DNA of 64,000 nt from Amphiscolops sp. MND2022 (lineage: Eukaryota), in contig OZ076412.1 of NCBI GenBank assembly GCA_964187785.1, positions 63,178,001 through 63,242,000 of the forward strand, in the 5' to 3' direction. Positions 12,902 through 22,293 of this stretch are shown here, in pieces (position 1 is the first letter of the stretch; each line of letters begins with the position of its first letter). Below the pieces are notes generated by a model, which saw nothing but the letters and a program-made list of their open reading frames with translations, made no database searches and was not told the origin of the DNA. The position numbers were made by a program, and so were the translations under genes.

Positions 12902-13083
12902 CAGTCGAACTCGGATAAAAAACTCATTGGGCAGCGAGAAAAGTGTTTCTTTTATCCATAGTTTCTTTTATCAGTTGTCTTATTAACGTAGAAAGTTTGA
13001 CTTGCATAAAATCGGAGCAATGAAAACGTTTCTTATATCCGAATGTTTATTTTATCCGTGTTTCTTTTATCTGAGTTCGACTG
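12902..13083. mobile_element. Tc1/mariner-type MITE, complete (182 bp)
   Basis: TIRs CAGTCGAACTCGGATAAAA / TTTTATCTGAGTTCGACTG flanked by TA on both sides. Confidence 0.8.
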
Positions 13084-13487
13084 TACTATATTACTACTAC
13101 TTTTACTACGAGGATTTCTCATTCTCTTATAAAAATTCCAGCATTTTTCAGAAAGCATGACATGGAGAAGACTTTTGCTACGAATGGCATAACTCCGCTC
13201 ATTCTGTAGAATGTATTGTGCTGTGAAAAAAGGTTGGATTTTTATTGAAAGGTACTCATACTGAGTGTTCGAAGGGCTTTGAGAGGTCAAATTTGCCATC
13301 AAACATTCATGGCTCGGGTCAACTTTGAATTTCTGCAATTCTCTAAACGTTTGTTCCGTCCGAAATCTGTCAAGCCCTGTTAAACAATCCTTTTTGAGGA
13401 TTCTAGGTACCAAGTAGTTCGAGCAGATCTCAGTCGGGACTGAATTGCTTGATAACCAATTTCATCTTGATTACTTGATTTCATCTA

Positions 13488-13685
13488 AGTAGTGGGAGTA
13501 AATATGCCGGGTGATTTGAACGGGTCCGGGTCATAACCAATCTTAAAACATGGGGACCCGAGGTAAGACCGGCTCAAATTTACTAGTATCGGGTCATAAA
13601 TAATATTGAAAATTTTAGGTGATGGTGGGGCTCGAACTCGCGCCGGTGGGGTCGGAGTCAGATGGCTTACCGCTGGGCCACGGGG
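13488..13685 (+). repeat. Polinton left TIR (198 bp)
   Basis: Exact reverse complement of 40218-40415 on manual comparison. Confidence 0.95.
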
Positions 13686-13687
13686 AG
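13609..13687 (-). ncRNA. tRNA-Trp-like Pol III unit in the left TIR, pointing outward
   Basis: Mirror of 40216-40294: A-box TGGCCCAGCGG, B-box GTTCGAGCC, TTTT terminator. Confidence 0.5.
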
Positions 13688-13803
13688 CTGAAATGGAATG
13701 ATTTGTACTTTGTTTTATTGGATAAAATTGAAAACGCAGAGAAAACAAAATTTGGCTCGAAACCTCTTATGAGACTAAACATCAAACTCATTATCATCAG
13801 GAA

Positions 13804-14118
13804 ATGAATCAACGACAGTTACTTGTTCGATTTTCCATTGTCTTCGTAACTTTCATTCTAGTTGCTTTGACGTTATTTTACACCGTTACAATATTAGTAC
13901 CATCAATCCACACAGACGATTATGAACATGACTATTACCACGCAGTTGATTATTTTTCATCACCTACTCACAACGGAACCACATGCGCAAAAGACTCAGA
14001 AGGATATTGTCAAAATGGGGGATTATGTTTCATAGTTGAAGACGTAGGAGTTATAGCTTGCCAATGTCCTGATCATTACGGTGGTAAACGTTGTGAAAAA
14101 TACCTGTGGTACCATTAG
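13804..14118 (+). CDS. EGF-like growth factor (EGFR-ligand type) with an N-terminal signal/anchor, Polinton-encoded
   Basis: C-x7-C-x5-C-x10-C-x-C-x8-C spacing (CAKDSEGYCQNGGLCFIVEDVGVIACQCPDHYGGKRC); GYC, NGG and YxGxRC motifs; hydrophobic residues about 6-35; NGT sequon; no intron. Confidence 0.88.
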   Translation: MNQRQLLVRFSIVFVTFILVALTLFYTVTILVPSIHTDDYEHDYYHAVDYFSSPTHNGTTCAKDSEGYCQNGGLCFIVEDVGVIACQCPDHYGGKRCEKYLWYH

Positions 14119-14159
14119 ATTCATTTTCGTCAATCATATCGCGAGAAACAGTCGACACT

Positions 14160-14570
14160 ATGCATGGCAAGAGAATGCAAATAAAATGTTCAATCGATGA
14201 CATTAGACACTTGGAATCAAAGGCACTAGCTTGTCGAAAAGTATACACAAGAGATCGTAGCATTCGATTCCGGAATTATGTCATGGGACTTTGCAGACAA
14301 TTACAAAAACGAGGAATATTCGAATTGTTGGAAGACAAAATACAACTACCCCGATTCAACTGGCTGTACAAAAACTCAAAAATTTATAGACTGGTGAAAA
14401 TCATACAAGAAGCAACACGATTGTTGGCTGTTCATCACGGTTTGATTCTGAAGGGTGTTGATTGTGAACGGAACCATCAGTACAGAACAATTGGTTCATT
14501 GAGAGCAACATGTTTAGCATTGCGATACAGAATTCAATACTATGATGAATTCTGGTTGCTGGAATGCTGA
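14160..14570 (+). CDS. Polinton hypothetical basic protein
   Basis: Open 136-aa frame from ATG 14160 within the co-oriented gene array; no motif recognised. Confidence 0.55.
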   Translation: MHGKRMQIKCSIDDIRHLESKALACRKVYTRDRSIRFRNYVMGLCRQLQKRGIFELLEDKIQLPRFNWLYKNSKIYRLVKIIQEATRLLAVHHGLILKGVDCERNHQYRTIGSLRATCLALRYRIQYYDEFWLLEC

Positions 14571-14868
14571 ACGTTTTCCGTAACAGCAACCTTTCACCAT
14601 TGGAATATAAAAATCAACCTATGCAACATTTTTGTGACATGATTGGTTGACTCCACAGAAATAGCCCATTGGTTGATATCAATTCATTCCGAAAGCTGTA
14701 CAGAGTTTCATTCACAATCACAACTGCTGGATTCTCAAGACGAACAAAGTTCATCGATTAGCTTGTCTTTTGAAAACAACTACCCATAATCTCGGGAAAC
14801 TCGAGTCGAAAGCAATACTTTTCATTTCCAGCAAAGTTTGCTTCAACACACTGCACCTGGAGCCTAAA

Positions 14869-15468
14869 ATGTTAAAGTTGGATTATGTTGTCATCGACTT
14901 TGAAGGTTTCAAGCACAAAAACGAGCCATACTTGATAAAAGAAATTTCAGTTTTTGGTCCTTCATATCAAGATACATTACTACTGAAGCCACAGTGTCAC
15001 ATTGACCAAGTACCCGCGGAGAGAAGACGTACATACCTTTGGTGCAGCAAACATTTGCATGGTCTGGACTGGAACTCTGGAACTCACGACTACTCATTCA
15101 TTTACCAATTCTTTACCAGTTTGAAAATTCGATTCCCAAACGCAGTGTTCTATGCAAAAGGTGAAGCCAAGTGTAGCTACTTACGCAGTCATTTATTCAA
15201 CACTGTCGACTTGGAACTGGTTGGTTGTCCAAAAGTAACCGAATTCGTCAATTTTGAGAATACACTCTGTACTAACCATATCCATCTCGATTACTACTTT
15301 GATCACTGCTCAAAAAAGAAAGCTTATCTATTCTACTGTTGGTTGTTGAATCAAATTAACAAAAATGGCTGTGTCACCCTACAAAGCTCAAGTTCTCCAA
15401 CTACCTCTCTCCCAGAATCTGACACTGATCATGCAAACAACCGCTCATCCAATGGCAGTGGGAGATAA
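14869..15468 (+). CDS. DEDD-fold nuclease with a Maelstrom-like E-C-H-C signature
   Basis: VIDFEGF (ExoI DxE), IKEIS, HGLDWNSG, KGEAK, DLELVGCP, CTNH...HC; ATG at 14869. Confidence 0.65.
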   Translation: MLKLDYVVIDFEGFKHKNEPYLIKEISVFGPSYQDTLLLKPQCHIDQVPAERRRTYLWCSKHLHGLDWNSGTHDYSFIYQFFTSLKIRFPNAVFYAKGEAKCSYLRSHLFNTVDLELVGCPKVTEFVNFENTLCTNHIHLDYYFDHCSKKKAYLFYCWLLNQINKNGCVTLQSSSSPTTSLPESDTDHANNRSSNGSGR

Positions 15469-15715
15469 TGCCAGTTTACATCACGTTGAAATTAGCCTTG
15501 CGAAGGAAGAAATAGCTCAGATTGCAGGTCATAACGTTCTTAAGAAAGCAGTAATTCAGTTGACTTTAGAAGAATACAATTGCCTCAAAGCTGCATTATT
15601 GTCAACAGACACCGTATTCAATTATACTGCTACATTTAATTGTCAACATGTCAAACCAACGATTGCAAAATTTGATGAAAGAAAGAAATATTCAACCTAT
15701 TCGACTGCCCAATAA
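15365..15715 (+). CDS. Polinton hypothetical protein
   Basis: Open 116-aa frame overlapping the preceding ORF; no motif recognised. Confidence 0.45.
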   Translation: MAVSPYKAQVLQLPLSQNLTLIMQTTAHPMAVGDNASLHHVEISLAKEEIAQIAGHNVLKKAVIQLTLEEYNCLKAALLSTDTVFNYTATFNCQHVKPTIAKFDERKKYSTYSTAQ

Positions 15716-15971
15716 CATTAGCAAAGCCATCATCTTGTCAGGACTGAATGATACGCGACTACCCAAACAAATTGCAGAAGAAATTCAATGTACACTGGGA
15801 GTAACACAAATTGCAATGTAACAATCTGATGCGAAGAAAACTTGTGATTTCCGGATATCAATAAAATCTAGTGATGCTTTCAATAAATACATTTTTTATA
15901 CTTGTGATGTATGACTTGATTGTATATGTGAGAACCAACAAAATTTAAAATCAAAATCATTTTTCATCAAA

Positions 15972-16247
15972 ATGGAAGAGCAAGCGGTTGATATAGCTGA
16001 TTGCATAGCAGTAGAAGACATCATCGAAAACAGCTCAAGCGAAAATTCCTTGTGGAGGTTTTGTAATTCGGTAACTTTACCACGATCTGAAGTTGTATTT
16101 TTTACCCAGGCAGCATTAATTTTCATAATAGTAGTCACAAGTCTCTTGAAAATTGCACTTGATAAACCATCCTGTGAAGACATGTCATTTTGGGTGAGTC
16201 TGTTATCAGCAGCAGTTGGTTACGCACTACCAAACCCAAAATTATGA
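15972..16247 (+). CDS. Small two-TM membrane protein of the type commonly found before Polinton ATPases
   Basis: FFTQAALIFIIVVTSLLKIAL and FWVSLLSAAVGYALPNPKL hydrophobic segments; stop overlaps the ATPase ATG. Confidence 0.7.
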   Translation: MEEQAVDIADCIAVEDIIENSSSENSLWRFCNSVTLPRSEVVFFTQAALIFIIVVTSLLKIALDKPSCEDMSFWVSLLSAAVGYALPNPKL

Positions 16248-16972
16248 ATAAAATCATTTTCACAAACGACCGACTCTTCATGTCAGTGGTAGGACCAAGC
16301 GGTTCTGGTAAATCTCGACTGATTTTCAAAATGCTAGCTTCACCAACAACATTCAAACCAACTCTCGGGAAAATTTACTACTTTTACAAAGAGTACCAAC
16401 CACTGTTCAAAGAAATGCAAGACAAGATCGAAGATATAGAATTCCTACCATGCTTAGAGTTTGAAATGATTAAAAACCTTGAAAATTGTCTGCTGGTTTT
16501 CGATGACTCTTGCGAAGAGATCTACCAGGAGAAGGAGTTTGTGAAACTTGCAGTCTCTGGTAGACATAAAAAAGTGAATTGTATTTTCGTCAAACATAAT
16601 TTGTTTCACCAGAGCAAGTGGTCACGCACAATTGATCTCAACACAACCCATATTGTTCTCTTCAAATCACCACGGGATGTTCAGCAAATTGATGTTTTTG
16701 GAAGACAGTTGAACAATACAGAATTCATTCGAGATTGCTATAAAAAGGCCACAAGTGAACCATTTGGTCATTTCATGATTGATTTTGACCCACGAACTAG
16801 TGACTCTTTGCGTTATTGCTCCAACATTGTGGAACCGGGGCCAACTGAATTTTACATTCCATCGTCATTAGCGAAAGAAACACCTCTTACGAATGAACGG
16901 GAAAAACTTGCATATACTGAAGCATTGGCAGAAAAACAAGAGAAGCAAACATTTGCGAAAAATTTTGCATAG
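16244..16972 (+). CDS. DNA packaging ATPase (FtsK/A32-like)
   Basis: Walker A GPSGSGKS, Walker B LLVFDD, GRH motif, KHNLF. Confidence 0.93.
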   Translation: MNKIIFTNDRLFMSVVGPSGSGKSRLIFKMLASPTTFKPTLGKIYYFYKEYQPLFKEMQDKIEDIEFLPCLEFEMIKNLENCLLVFDDSCEEIYQEKEFVKLAVSGRHKKVNCIFVKHNLFHQSKWSRTIDLNTTHIVLFKSPRDVQQIDVFGRQLNNTEFIRDCYKKATSEPFGHFMIDFDPRTSDSLRYCSNIVEPGPTEFYIPSSLAKETPLTNEREKLAYTEALAEKQEKQTFAKNFA

Positions 16973-17198
16973 CTGCAGTGACAAGACAATCAAGTTTCTG
17001 TGCGAGTGTGCCGTTAACATTATTAATGGAAACATTCAATTCCCAGTTGAAAATTTATTACCCTTCGAGAAGGAATTGAAAATTTTGTGTAATCATTCAA
17101 CCAGCCGACAGAAGCGACGACAAGTTCTTTCTACAGCAAAGGGAATCAAATTAATGCAAGAGATTGGTGAATCCTGTTATTGTTATTTGACAGAATGA
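16893..17198 (+). CDS. Conserved small Polinton protein following the ATPase
   Basis: IKFLCECAVNIINGNI motif and basic C-terminal half, recalled from Polinton gene arrays. Confidence 0.65.
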   Translation: MNGKNLHILKHWQKNKRSKHLRKILHSCSDKTIKFLCECAVNIINGNIQFPVENLLPFEKELKILCNHSTSRQKRRQVLSTAKGIKLMQEIGESCYCYLTE

Positions 17199-17560
17199 GC
17201 GCTCAGGAATTTATACTGATTCCCAAAGATAGTTACATCAAGAAACAACCTAGAGCATTGGATGTGTTGGATGAACCAACAGCTGTTGAAAAGGCAAAAC
17301 TATTGACAATCCTCCAACGTGAACCTGAAAGGAAAAAGAAACTAGAGACTGTATCAAAAACTGAAACAAAGCCAGAAGACATTAAAACCAGAGTACTGAA
17401 ATCATTGTCTATGCTCAAACCCTCAAAGAAGGAAAAGTCAAAGTCGATTTTGAACAAAATTACCAGCAGCGACAAAATTTCCATTGATGATGATGGCAAA
17501 GTTAAGATCGATGACCGAACAACGGCAGTCGATGCAAACACCTTCCTTTTTGATATTCAA

Positions 17561-17880
17561 TTTCAAAACAGGTTGGGTAGGAATGAAGAACTGAATTGAG
17601 ATTGATTAGTTATGATCAGACTTGGTTTATGTATATACAATTGCAATTGATGGTGGAAATGGTTCAGCATCGGGTATATATAGCACCGCGACAGGTACTT
17701 GTCAGTAAACAAAAAGTGTGCGGTATCAATAGTTGTCTGTTGTATCGCACAAACAGGTACATCAATGTGCGACATCAAAAGTTGTGTGTGCGATGTCATC
17801 TGGCAGGTACTTGAACCTTAGGGGTCGTGGCTCATCATTTGATCGTTCCCGCCTTGCGAGGCGGATGGCAAACCTTGATA
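17561..17880 (-). repeat. Copia 3' LTR (320 bp)
   Basis: Boundaries set by three-way comparison; adjacent to the PPT. Confidence 0.93.
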
Positions 17881-20800
17881 CCCCCGCATTGCCGACAGCC
17901 GAGCAAGGTGTTGTTGCGTCTTTGTCTTACCCAGTCCCTTCGTGAAAATGTCAGCGCAATTGTCACCACTTGCAATAAACTTCAGATCAATCGACTGATT
18001 CTTCACTGTCTCCCGCACATACGCCATCCGAGTTGCAAAGTGTTTCGTCTTTGCGCTGTTGTCATCTCTGGTTGCTAATGCTAGGCACGATTGATTGTCC
18101 GTGAACAAAGTCGTCGCTATGGATTCTCCAAGAGTGTCCAGAATCCCCCGCAAATGCACCGCTTCCTTTACAGCTTCGCTCAAGGCATGAAGTTCTGCCT
18201 CAGTGGTTGAAGTCGCTACACATGTTTGTCGTCTAGCAGCCCACGATATTGCCCCACTACCCACGTTGAAGCAAAAACCAGTGATGCTTCGTCTATCGTC
18301 CTTGCAGCTGGCATAGTCTGAATCCGTGTATCCATTTAGGCCTGTATCATCGCACTTCATGAAGGTGATGCCCACGTCAGCTGTACCTCTGAGGTAGCGT
18401 AACACGTGCTTCGCTGCTTGCCAGTGAGCAAATCCAGGGTTGCTAAGAAATCGAGAAAGTAGGTGGGCCGGGAATGCCAGGTCAGGTCGAGTGGACAGTG
18501 AGAGGTAAGCAATGCTACCCACCAGGCCTCTGTAGTCATGTCTCAACATTTGCTGTTGCTCATCTGATCCGTCTTCTGGCATCTGATCCTTCGTCAGATC
18601 CAGCTTGTCTGCGAGTGGTGTTGAAGCTGCCTTGCACTCGCCCATACCGTGTTTGCGAAGTAGGTTGCTCACATACCCCTGATGCTTCATTGTCAGCGAA
18701 CCGTCACCCCACTTGAAGGAAATTCCCAAGAACCACGTTAGAGGACCGCTTTCGCCAATGTTGAACCGCTCGCTCATCTTGTCATTGAACCACGTGGTAA
18801 ATTGACTGTCGGTTGACCCGTAAATAATATCATCCACCCAGATCACTATCCAGCACTTGTGACCATTCCTCGTCAGAGTCAGCAAGCAAGGGTCGTGAAG
18901 TGATGCCTTGAAGTTGAGCTCAAACAGATGGGAAGAGAGACACTCATACCAATTGCGCCCCGATTGTTTTAGTCCATAAAGTGACCGCTTAAGCTTGCAC
19001 ACCATCTGTTTGCCCTTTTGGTACCCCTCTGGCTGCTCCATGTAGATGTCTTCTTGAATTGGTGCGTTCAGGTATGCTGTCTTTATGTCCATCTGATTGA
19101 AATGCATACCCAGCTTCACCCCACATGCCAGGACAGTTCTGAGTGTAGACAGCTTCGCCGTTGGTGAGTAGGTGTCGTGAAAATCAATGCCTGGCGTCTG
19201 AGTGAACCCCCGTGCCACGAATCGCGCCTTGTACTTCACCACGTTTCCTTCGTCATCTAGTTTATGAGCAAAATGCCACTTTCCGCTGATGATGCCTTGT
19301 CCTGATGGTGGCTTGACTAGCTCCCAGACACCATTTTCTTCCAAAGATTTGAATTCTCTGTCCATCGCTGCTTTCCAGTTGGGATCCGCCAGGGCGTCTG
19401 CTGTATTGCTTGGAAGGCCGCTTGAAATCAAAGCATCACAGTGAAGTGCCAGGTTCTCCAATTCTCTCCCTGTCACATAGTCGCCGAAACGTTGAGGCGC
19501 CCTTCGAGTCCTCCCCGAACATCTGGTTGTCGTCTGCTGCACTGCTGTTGTACTGTCTGTAACATTGGGTGTCCCATCGTCTGGATTGATGTTATCTTCT
19601 GAATCGCCCTGGATTGCACGGGTTTTCGTAGATGTGGTCTCGCATTGTTCATCTGACCCCGATTTCAGATCATCAACATCTGATTGAGATGCATCATCGT
19701 CCTCGCTCTCCCCTTGGGTGACTGCAGAACCACGTTGGTAAGGAAACACATCGTCGTTGAAGTTGACGTTTCGTGATACCCAGACCTTTGGTGCCCTTGT
19801 CTCTGACCCGTCTGTTGAGGCTACCACATATGCCTTAGAAGTTCCCGAGTATCCCAGTAGAATAGCTTCCCGTGCCTTGCTGTCCAGCTTCTTCCTGACT
19901 TCGTTGAGCACAAACGACTGGCACCCAAACACGTGAAGATGTGAAAGGTCAGGCTTACTTCCGTGAAACATCTCAAAAGGGGTCTTGCCATGCGCCGAGT
20001 GGATTGATCGATTCTTCAGGTAGATGGCAGTTGAGAGAGCAAAAGGCCAAAACTGCTTTGGGACCGCTGCAGTTGCCATCATGCATCGCGTCATGCCAGT
20101 CACAGTGCCCCATGCTCGCTCAATTTTGCCATTTTCTTCGGGTGTGTAGGGGGCAGAGAATTCCTGTTTGATGCCATTGGATGTGCACAAGTCACTGAAC
20201 TGCTTTGACTTGAACTCGAGAGCCCCGTCTGAAACCAAGGTGCCAGGCCGGCCAACATCGATGATGAATCGTTGTAACTTTGCGGTGACCTCATCCTTTG
20301 ACTTCATTGGGTATACTGCCCCGAAACGGCTGTAACTGTCGATGAAGCCCACTGCATAGCGAAAACCCTCGTGGGACTCCTGCTGAATGGGTCCGAGCAC
20401 GTCTGTGTGAACGATAGCCAGTTTCGTTTTCGCTCGAGTGCCCCACGTCTTCGGAATGGATGCCCGCTTCGCCTTCTCGGTGCAGCAGATGTTGCAGTTC
20501 GTCTTCTTTTCGGAGCCAGAGATGTTCATGCCCACGACCTCTTGTTGCAACTTTGCCACATCGTGCCAGTTGTTGTGCCCCATCACTCGATGCCAGTGCT
20601 TGATAGAGTGAGACATCATTGCCAGTGACCCCGTCTCCACAGGTTGAGCCATCACACTGAAAAGTTCGTCGTTTGTCATCATTGGCACAACAGTTCCATT
20701 GGGCATCTTGATGGTTGGGTCGTCATTGAACTGGATCATTGCCCCCTTGTCCGTCAATCGCTTGACCGACACCAGATTCCTCGCGTAGGATGGTACCCAG

Positions 20801-21900
20801 AAGGCATCCTTCAGTTCCAGTAGACAAGAACGGCCCGTATTGTCCTTCACAAAGCATCGCACTGTCCCGCGTCCTTTGATCTCTGAACGACTGCTGTTAG
20901 CGTTGCATACGTCTGCCAGAAAACCCTCGTCCAGATCAGAGAAGAGCTCTTTGTTCTTGATCATGAAGCCGTTGCACCCAGAGTCAATGAGAAGCTCAAT
21001 GCTCCCCTTGTCGTAGCAACCAGCCCTGAAAGCCCCGAAGCTGAAGAAGTCCGCTGATGAATGGTTGCTGGATTGACCCGAGCCACATCCTCCACTTGAG
21101 CTCTTTTGCTGTCCCTTCCTGCAAGTTGAAGCCAGATGCCCCTTCTGACCACAGTTGAAGCAAGTCCTCGTCTCCCGACTGTGGCAGTCCTTAGCTCGGT
21201 GCCCCATCTTTCCACACTTGAAGCACTTTGGAGGCTTCCTCCCGGCTGAGTGAAATGCTGTCATCGATGTCTCGCTTGAAACACAGAGACCCCTGGTTGC
21301 TGCGAAGTTGACCAAGTCCTGCTTCATCTCGTAGTACCCCTTTGCTGTGCCGAAGTTGAGGACTGCCACCACACTGTCGAAGTCACTTGGAAGACCCTTG
21401 AGAATCATCGCTGTGAAGAGAGCATCTGAGACCACTTCCCCCGCTTCAGCCAGATCCAGTTTGAGCCCTTCTGCTTTGGTGAGGTAGTCAGTCACCTTCT
21501 CCCCTGATGTCATCTTGAGACCAGTGAGCTGTGTCATCAGTGATTGAACACGAGGCCGTTCAGTTGATTTGTGGAGCTTCGTCAAAGCTGTCCAGGCTGC
21601 AGTCCCATTCGGCTTGTGCCCTCTGATGAAGTTGATGCTTGCCTTGTCAAGGCACTGAACCAGCTCGCACCACACCATGTACTGTAGTTTGGCTCGATCT
21701 GCTTCTTCCCCCTCTCGCTTGACACGTTCATCATTCGTCTCCACATCTTTTTGAGGTGTTGTTTTGATTCTGTCCAGAAGGCAGTCAGAAAGTCCCAGGG
21801 CATAGACTCTTGCTTCGAACTGCTCCAGAAAAGTGGGGAAGTCATCCTCTCGTCCACTAAACAGCAGCTTCTCTTGTCGAGAGTGTCGTGGTGCCGTCAT
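17818..21900 (-). CDS. gag-pol: Copia Gag-Pol polyprotein, copy 2 (1360 aa, intact)
   Basis: Two CCHC knuckles, PR LLIDSG, HHCC finger, IN D,D35E (HTDVLGP / SDGALEF / NGKIER), RT WVDD, RNase H ADIFTKGL; order PR-IN-RT-RH; stop lies inside the LTR. Confidence 0.97.
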   Translation of the reverse strand: MTAPRHSRQEKLLFSGREDDFPTFLEQFEARVYALGLSDCLLDRIKTTPQKDVETNDERVKREGEEADRAKLQYMVWCELVQCLDKASINFIRGHKPNGTAAWTALTKLHKSTERPRVQSLMTQLTGLKMTSGEKVTDYLTKAEGLKLDLAEAGEVVSDALFTAMILKGLPSDFDSVVAVLNFGTAKGYYEMKQDLVNFAATRGLCVSSETSMTAFHSAGRKPPKCFKCGKMGHRAKDCHSRETRTCFNCGQKGHLASTCRKGQQKSSSGGCGSGQSSNHSSADFFSFGAFRAGCYDKGSIELLIDSGCNGFMIKNKELFSDLDEGFLADVCNANSSRSEIKGRGTVRCFVKDNTGRSCLLELKDAFWVPSYARNLVSVKRLTDKGAMIQFNDDPTIKMPNGTVVPMMTNDELFSVMAQPVETGSLAMMSHSIKHWHRVMGHNNWHDVAKLQQEVVGMNISGSEKKTNCNICCTEKAKRASIPKTWGTRAKTKLAIVHTDVLGPIQQESHEGFRYAVGFIDSYSRFGAVYPMKSKDEVTAKLQRFIIDVGRPGTLVSDGALEFKSKQFSDLCTSNGIKQEFSAPYTPEENGKIERAWGTVTGMTRCMMATAAVPKQFWPFALSTAIYLKNRSIHSAHGKTPFEMFHGSKPDLSHLHVFGCQSFVLNEVRKKLDSKAREAILLGYSGTSKAYVVASTDGSETRAPKVWVSRNVNFNDDVFPYQRGSAVTQGESEDDDASQSDVDDLKSGSDEQCETTSTKTRAIQGDSEDNINPDDGTPNVTDSTTAVQQTTTRCSGRTRRAPQRFGDYVTGRELENLALHCDALISSGLPSNTADALADPNWKAAMDREFKSLEENGVWELVKPPSGQGIISGKWHFAHKLDDEGNVVKYKARFVARGFTQTPGIDFHDTYSPTAKLSTLRTVLACGVKLGMHFNQMDIKTAYLNAPIQEDIYMEQPEGYQKGKQMVCKLKRSLYGLKQSGRNWYECLSSHLFELNFKASLHDPCLLTLTRNGHKCWIVIWVDDIIYGSTDSQFTTWFNDKMSERFNIGESGPLTWFLGISFKWGDGSLTMKHQGYVSNLLRKHGMGECKAASTPLADKLDLTKDQMPEDGSDEQQQMLRHDYRGLVGSIAYLSLSTRPDLAFPAHLLSRFLSNPGFAHWQAAKHVLRYLRGTADVGITFMKCDDTGLNGYTDSDYASCKDDRRSITGFCFNVGSGAISWAARRQTCVATSTTEAELHALSEAVKEAVHLRGILDTLGESIATTLFTDNQSCLALATRDDNSAKTKHFATRMAYVRETVKNQSIDLKFIASGDNCADIFTKGLGKTKTQQHLARLSAMRGYQGLPSASQGGNDQMMSHDP

Positions 21901-21959
21901 CGTGATCTGCGCTGGTGAGGCTGTGATCAGCTAAGTAGATGGCGTCGTGTGGGAAGCTG

Positions 21960-21973
21960 CTGGGCCCATAACC
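21960..21973 (-). promoter_or_regulatory. Copia primer-binding site (initiator tRNA-Met half-molecule type)
   Basis: GGTTATGGGCCCAG directly after the LTR, the same PBS type as Drosophila copia; second copy at 26373-26386. Confidence 0.85.
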
Positions 21974-22293
21974 TTTCAAAACAGGTTGGGTAGGAATGAA
22001 GAACTGAATTGAGATTGATTAGTTATGATCAGACTTGGTTTATGTATATACAATTGCAATTGATGGTGGAAATGGTTCAGCATCGGGTATATATAGCACC
22101 GCGACAGGTACTTGTCAGTAAACAAAAAGTGTGCGGTATCAATAGTTGTCTGTTGTATCGCACAAACAGGTACATCAATGTGCGACATCAAAAGTTGTGT
22201 GTGCGATGTCATCTGGCAGGTACTTGAACCTTAGGGGTCGTGGCTCATCATTTGATCGTTCCCGCCTTGCGAGGCGGATGGCAAACCTTGATA
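21974..22293 (-). repeat. Copia shared middle LTR
   Basis: Flanked by a PBS on one side and a PPT on the other. Confidence 0.93.

Noticed and set aside
13485-13812. ORFs 13485-13748 (-), 13615-13812 (-) and 13619-13807 (+) as genes
   Set aside because: They start or lie in the TIR/tRNA-like DNA and have no recognisable motif
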